64,000 bases of DNA from Histomonas meleagridis 2922-C6/04-290x. Its lineage: Eukaryota; Protista; Parabasalia. The position numbers were made by a program, and so were the translations under genes. The notes under the pieces were generated by a model. It did no database searches and had not been told where the DNA came from. It was given only the letters and a program-made list of their open reading frames with translations. Shown piece by piece: positions 58,689 to 64,000 of this stretch. Positions within the stretch are counted from its first letter, which is position 1. Every line of letters begins with the position of its first letter. The DNA is taken from positions 124,001 through 188,000 of the forward strand of contig JAANOX010000256.1 in the NCBI GenBank assembly GCA_020184695.1. Direction: 5' to 3'.

Positions 58689-58759
58689 TTTAATGTAAAA
58701 TAAAAATATATTTTTAATTGATATATTTTTAATTTATTTAAAAACTATGAAATGATTCG

Positions 58760-59560
58760 CAATGAGAAATATTAATCGATTAACAATTTGTTATTCTCAA
58801 CTAATGGTAATCTGTTTCTTATGTTACTTTTTGGAAACTCTGTAAATCATATCAAATTCTGTATTTTTATCACTACCGAATATGGTGAAAATAATACGAC
58901 AATTAGTAATTTAGCATTTTCATTCAACCATCACACTTCCAAGTTTGATGCAAAACATTGGAGAAGCAGCATTTTCTATTTGCTATCATTTAACGACATT
59001 AAAAATTTTGACACAACAAATAAGAATTTGAAAATATTCATTTTCTAATTGAACAGCCTTCGATCATTTATTATTATGGCAAATCAGAACCATATATTAG
59101 TGAAAATACATTTTCATCAATTATTACATATTCAACACACAAAGAAAAAAAACATTTGGACCATTTCCGGTGAATAACGAATATAATGGTGGTGTTTGTT
59201 CACCAATTTCAACTCATCCATTTACAAAATCGAATACATTGTCGAATTCAGATATGTTCACAAGATCCAAATCATTTATACAAACACATACATTCACTAA
59301 ATCAAATACATATACAAAAGCACTTCAAAGGGATTTAACTTTAACTTTTTCTTACATATTAACACTTTCTTTATCGATAACAAATCATAAACTGTTTGTT
59401 AAACACAAACAAAATCATTTTCATTATATATCAATAATTCAACGATTTCATATCTTGAAAACAATTTTATATATTATGATTACACTATTATTATATACTT
59501 CATATTTTAACATTGTTTAAATTGTTATACATATATAAGTTATATCTCAAACGAGACATA
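58760..59560 (+). pseudogene. Decayed BspA-like fragment
   Basis: LRR remnant plus a Ser/Thr stalk (ORF 59170..59520). Mirror of 2120-2760. Confidence 0.5.
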
Positions 59561-60386
59561 AAGCGGAAATGCAACATCAGTTTTAATTGTAATTATATCC
59601 AAATCAAATCAAATACATATGTGAATAATTAATGAAATTTAATAACTTTAAAAAATGATTACCAAAAACAAATATATATCATTTTGATCAGCAAATTCAG
59701 CTCTATCACATGCATTCATTCATTATATTATTTAAAAGTGCTTTAAAATCATTTATTACAGCTTTTCTGTGTGTCCTTAAATATTGAAACAAACGAATTT
59801 TGAGGTTAAATTGAAAAACTTCAAGAAAACAACAAATTTTTTACTTGATAACCGTGTGGTTTTTAACTTTTGTATTAGCCGATGTGTATTTAGTAAAGGC
59901 CTTGAACTATATTAGATCTTGAAGCATGAAAATTCTTCAAATGATGCTCATTTCGGGCATAACAAAGCAATTTACGACCGTTACAATACCAGAAATCCCA
60001 TTTCTTACAACTATAAAAATATCAAATATGAAAAAGAACCTCAGCGAAGAAGGAATCATTCATGGGTGCAATGTAGAAGATCGAGTCTTTGAAATTCATA
60101 ACCAGAATTTTGATATATTTAGCAACAATTCTATTTTCTTTAAAACCAGTTTGTTTTTATATTTCTTGACTGAAATAGACCATACATTAGTTATGCTTCA
60201 AATATTTAATAACAAAATAAAATTATCAGTATCATATTTTACAATTACCCAAAATAAATCCTTTTTAACCAGTATGCTTATTGAAGACAATATGTCAAAG
60301 CAAACCACTAAAATGTGTTACGAGAATATAAAAAAGACCGACCATTTAAATTCAATGCTTACGTTCGTTTAACCGCTATTTTTTCA

Positions 60387-61889
60387 ATGATGATTGTGGT
60401 GGTTTATATCAATTTTTTTCAGAAAAAACCACTTTTTCTACAGAAATTTTTATTGACCAACTACGAATTGAAAACAAACGAAAAGAAAAAACATAAAAAT
60501 GTTTTAATTTTTGTTATATTTTTCATAAATTCTTTTCAATTATTTTATGATCATAATTTAACATTAACAATAACAAATTCAAGTGATTTTGAAGAAATTG
60601 AACAATATAAAGACAACACGAAATTCATATATATTAGTGAAGGAATTTATCTAATTCCAATTTATGCATTTTCAGGATGGTCATCAGTTATTTCCGTTAA
60701 TTTTGGTAATTCTATATCAGGTATTGGTGATTCAGCATTTTCATCATGTTCATCAATCAAAAACATTACAATTCCAAATTCAGTCACAACAATTGGCGGT
60801 TATGCGTTTTCATTCTGTTCCAAATTAGAAACGATTATTTTTGGAGAAAATGTTACAACGATTGGTAGTGGAGCATTTTCATCATGTTCATCAATCAAAA
60901 ACATTACAATTCCAAATTCAGTCACAACAATTGGCGGTTATGCGTTTTCATTCTGTTCTAATTTAATGATATTAACACTTGGGTATGGAATAACAGAAAT
61001 TGGAGATTCAGCATTTGGTAATTGTAATGCACTTGAATGTATTTATTATTATGGAACTAACGAACCGAATATTGGAGAAAATGCATTTTCTAATGTTACA
61101 ACAACAGTTATAACATATGCAACATATATCGCTAAGACATTTGGAGAATTAAATGTTATCAAATCATATTCAGAAGGAAACTGCAAAGCAATTCCAACAC
61201 TATCATTTTCATCATCACATACATTCAGTTGTAGCAACACATATTCTCAGTCAAACACATTCAGTCGAAGTAACACATATTCTCAGTCAAAGACATTCAT
61301 TAGAAGTAAAACATATTCTCAGTCAAAGACATATTCTCAATCGCATGCATTCAGTATTGATACATTTTCAAAATCAAATACATTTACCGAATCATTTCGA
61401 AATGATTTAACGAAATCTTTTTCATACCTGTTAACAGTCACATTATCATTTACATATTCATTTACTTATTATGAAATACAAACAAAATCACTTTCACTTA
61501 TTGCAATTAATTCATCGAATGTTTATATTGAAACAGAATTTATATATTATGATTACACAGTTATTATTTATTCAACATATTATATTTATTATTCGAACTT
61601 CTTTACATTTATTTATAACAATGAATTTCAAACAAATGATAATAAAACAACAATTATCATAATAATCGTTTGCGTTATTGTTGCTGTTATTATTATAATT
61701 TCATTACTTATTATATTATTGATACGAATTAAAAATAAAAAAGAAGAAATTGATGAAAATGAAATTTCAGAACAACAAAATGATAACCAAACTACAAACA
61801 CATTCACAACGGGAATATCTATATCAAATATTGAAGAAGATCCATTTGCAGATGACTTCAAAGAAGATAAATTCATTGAGCAAATGTAA
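60387..61889 (+). CDS. BspA-like LRR_5 type I membrane protein, copy B (intact)
   Basis: TpLRRs, FSxSxTYSQS stalk, TM helix (IIIIIVCVIVAVIIIISLLIILLI) and an acidic DPFADDF tail. First in-frame ATG is at 60387; the true start is uncertain. Confidence 0.88.
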   Translation: MMIVVVYINFFQKKPLFLQKFLLTNYELKTNEKKKHKNVLIFVIFFINSFQLFYDHNLTLTITNSSDFEEIEQYKDNTKFIYISEGIYLIPIYAFSGWSSVISVNFGNSISGIGDSAFSSCSSIKNITIPNSVTTIGGYAFSFCSKLETIIFGENVTTIGSGAFSSCSSIKNITIPNSVTTIGGYAFSFCSNLMILTLGYGITEIGDSAFGNCNALECIYYYGTNEPNIGENAFSNVTTTVITYATYIAKTFGELNVIKSYSEGNCKAIPTLSFSSSHTFSCSNTYSQSNTFSRSNTYSQSKTFIRSKTYSQSKTYSQSHAFSIDTFSKSNTFTESFRNDLTKSFSYLLTVTLSFTYSFTYYEIQTKSLSLIAINSSNVYIETEFIYYDYTVIIYSTYYIYYSNFFTFIYNNEFQTNDNKTTIIIIIVCVIVAVIIIISLLIILLIRIKNKKEEIDENEISEQQNDNQTTNTFTTGISISNIEEDPFADDFKEDKFIEQM

Positions 61890-62510
61890 TTAAGATAAAT
61901 AATTAATAAAATGTAGTGTGTTCTAAATGTGAATCATTTTTAGTATTCAAAGTCACCACGTTATTTTCTAACATTAATTTTAGTTTTGTGCTCTTGTTTA
62001 TGTAAAACTTTTGAAAAATATGAGCAATATTGCTGCTTAATATTAAGCTAATATACAACTTATTTAGCATTAACATGATGCAACAAGTTTTGAGTAAAGC
62101 GAAAAAGGTGCGTGCACATAAACTTTAATTGGTTGGTGTGACTGGATAAACTCCTTCCTTATGATTTATTATTTTCATGCAAATTTGTAAGACATATCTT
62201 AACCAGAAAATGGTTGAGAAAAAATTATTTTCATAAACCAACTGATATATTTACTAAGCTACTTCATGATAATAACGTGAAAAAATCATATGAAAAAATG
62301 CTAGAAAATAACCAAACAAAATTCATTAAAAATCAAAAGAGACAATATTTTATTAATTACATTATGCTTGTATCAGTTTTTTGGTCCCCAAAATCAACAT
62401 ATTAAGAAAATATGAAATGAGTTATCATGATAATCGCGAACAGAAGATAATGTTTTGTGTTCAAAAGAGAAAAGAAAAAACGTTTATCTATTTTATCAAT
62501 TGGTGAAAAA

Positions 62511-63140
62511 TTATTTCCTAAAACTCTTTTTTGGTGATTGAGACGGAGTCTGATGCTGAGGCAACTCAAATGCCTCATCTGTGCCTGTCTGGTATATATC
62601 TGTATTTCTGAAAGATGAATGATCGCGAACTGATTCGTCATGTTTTTTGTACTCAAGTTTGGTTCCTGGTGGAAGCTCAAGAGCAGTACAAATCGCACGA
62701 TATATCTCTTGGCGTATTGCAGGATCATTTCCAGTCTTATTCCATAAGCTGATAATATCTTCTTGAAAACGTACCGAAACAACTGCACCGTTAACATCAG
62801 AAGAAAATTGCTCACCAATAAGAGCTAATATAAGGCGCTCCCAATAATAACTTGCAAGTCCTTTTTTGAGACGAATCATCCACTTTCCACCATTTACATT
62901 ATCATTATCTTCCCAAATAGCACGAATGCCTTTGCGGAATAAGTGGTAATCTGTTGGTGGAGAAACATCATTAGGTTTCTTTAAATGAGAATAAAGACTC
63001 CAAAATCCTTCTATTGTACCAAAAGTACCAAGGAGGTGGATATTGTCTTCATATTGGTCACTTGAATTTCCTTGTTGCTTGAAAAAAATATGTAATGACC
63101 ACTCTGAGCCAAGTGGGGTCTTTTGTCTGTTCTCGGACAT
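62511..63140 (-). CDS. Translation initiation factor eIF4E family protein
   Basis: TPLGSEWSL, FGTIEGFWSLY, DYHLFRKGIRAIWED..N.NGGKW and WERLILALIGE. Start MSENRQ at 63140. Confidence 0.93.
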   Translation of the reverse strand: MSENRQKTPLGSEWSLHIFFKQQGNSSDQYEDNIHLLGTFGTIEGFWSLYSHLKKPNDVSPPTDYHLFRKGIRAIWEDNDNVNGGKWMIRLKKGLASYYWERLILALIGEQFSSDVNGAVVSVRFQEDIISLWNKTGNDPAIRQEIYRAICTALELPPGTKLEYKKHDESVRDHSSFRNTDIYQTGTDEAFELPQHQTPSQSPKKSFRK

Positions 63141-63632
63141 GATTAAAGCGGCTTTTATCCACCCGTCAACTTTTTGAACGAATTCAATAGAAAAGAATAA
63201 AAAATCAAATTTTTTTTCTAGAATCCAAATTATTATGAAGTAAAATGTTCTTGTGGCGTTCATATAATGATGATAATGATTTTGTAAGTCAAAAATGAAA
63301 TTTGATTTTTTTGATGTAGACGCAATTTGCATCATTTTCCTTTATTAACAGTAAAAATTCACCTTTTATGTAAACAAAACAATCAGTGAAGCTGGGAGTG
63401 TGTGAAAGTTGAAATTAAAAAAAATTTTAAACTAATTGTTTGTTAATGATTAATCATTGATAATTTTTATAATTAATAAAATTGAAAATTAAGATAAAGA
63501 AGCGATTTCTTGTCTATTGCGGTTGATCTTTTTTATCATCGAAAATACTTTAGATAGCAAAAGAAGACAAATTTTTATAATTTTCCAAAATTTTTGAAAA
63601 CGGTTTTTTGAAAGATTTTCAATAGCCGCCAA

Positions 63633-64000
63633 ATGGAATCGAAGCAAAAGGAAGAGAAGGACAAAGAATTAACACAGCTTAAAATTACAGACCTTTCTTG
63701 CTTTGAGTCTCCATCAAATAACCTTTTTGATTTTACTTTCCAAAATAAAATTATTTTTTCAGAAACCACTCAATCGGACAAATCCGAAAATCTCAAGGAA
63801 GAATCAACGGCTCAAAGTACCACACAAAGTGGCTTTAATTCACCAAATATTTTAAATGAAAAAAACAAAAATAATTGCAAATTTGAACTAATTAATTCTT
63901 GTTTAGCTGATGTTTCTCCTATAAATCCTCCAAGCAAATTAGCTGATATTCCAAAATTTTCATTTAGCACTCCTTCTTTTGTTACATATGGCGAAAAACA
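63633..64000 (+). CDS. Hypothetical protein, 5' part only (runs off the window end)
   Basis: ATG at 63633 (MESKQKEEKDKELTQLK...) with no stop before 64000. Confidence 0.6.
   Translation, partial: MESKQKEEKDKELTQLKITDLSCFESPSNNLFDFTFQNKIIFSETTQSDKSENLKEESTAQSTTQSGFNSPNILNEKNKNNCKFELINSCLADVSPINPPSKLADIPKFSFSTPSFVTYGEK

Larger units (their letters stand above)
56205..61720 (+). repeat. Right arm of the ~5 kb inverted duplication
   Basis: Reverse-complement match to 1-5005, with indels such as ~85 bp present at 59570-59655 but absent on the left. Confidence 0.92.

Overview
Very AT-rich eukaryotic genomic DNA, most likely from a parabasalid (trichomonad-type protist). Evidence for this: an Hmp31-like hydrogenosomal carrier, BspA-type LRR surface genes, DUF3447-type ankyrin genes and Inr/M5-like promoter motifs; the species cannot be determined from the sequence. 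The window holds about 25 compact housekeeping genes, decayed DNA transposons (Tc1/IS630-, pogo-, mariner- and MULE-like), and a ~5 kb inverted duplication of a BspA gene pair at the two ends. The main discovery concerns the ankyrin genes, which look like broken ORF fragments. They are interrupted at the same point of nearly every repeat (the D-x-x-G-x-T beta-hairpin) by a 20-nt periodic array: a 17-nt AT-rich segment with no GT-AG ends, followed by a single 3-nt codon. Deleting the 17-mers by hand rebuilds the canonical ankyrin loop (e.g. D-N-Y-G-R-TAL, N-D-W-G-K-TAL, D-N-N-G-N-TAL, D-E-K-K-N-TLLH). It also yields continuous ORFs at three intact loci, including an ~856-aa protein after about 54 excisions. 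Two decayed loci have the same architecture, and isolated 17-nt inserts appear in non-ankyrin contexts. This points to a possibly undescribed RNA-processing or recoding system of ultra-short non-canonical introns with one-codon micro-exons. All alignments and translations were done by eye; no database searches were run.
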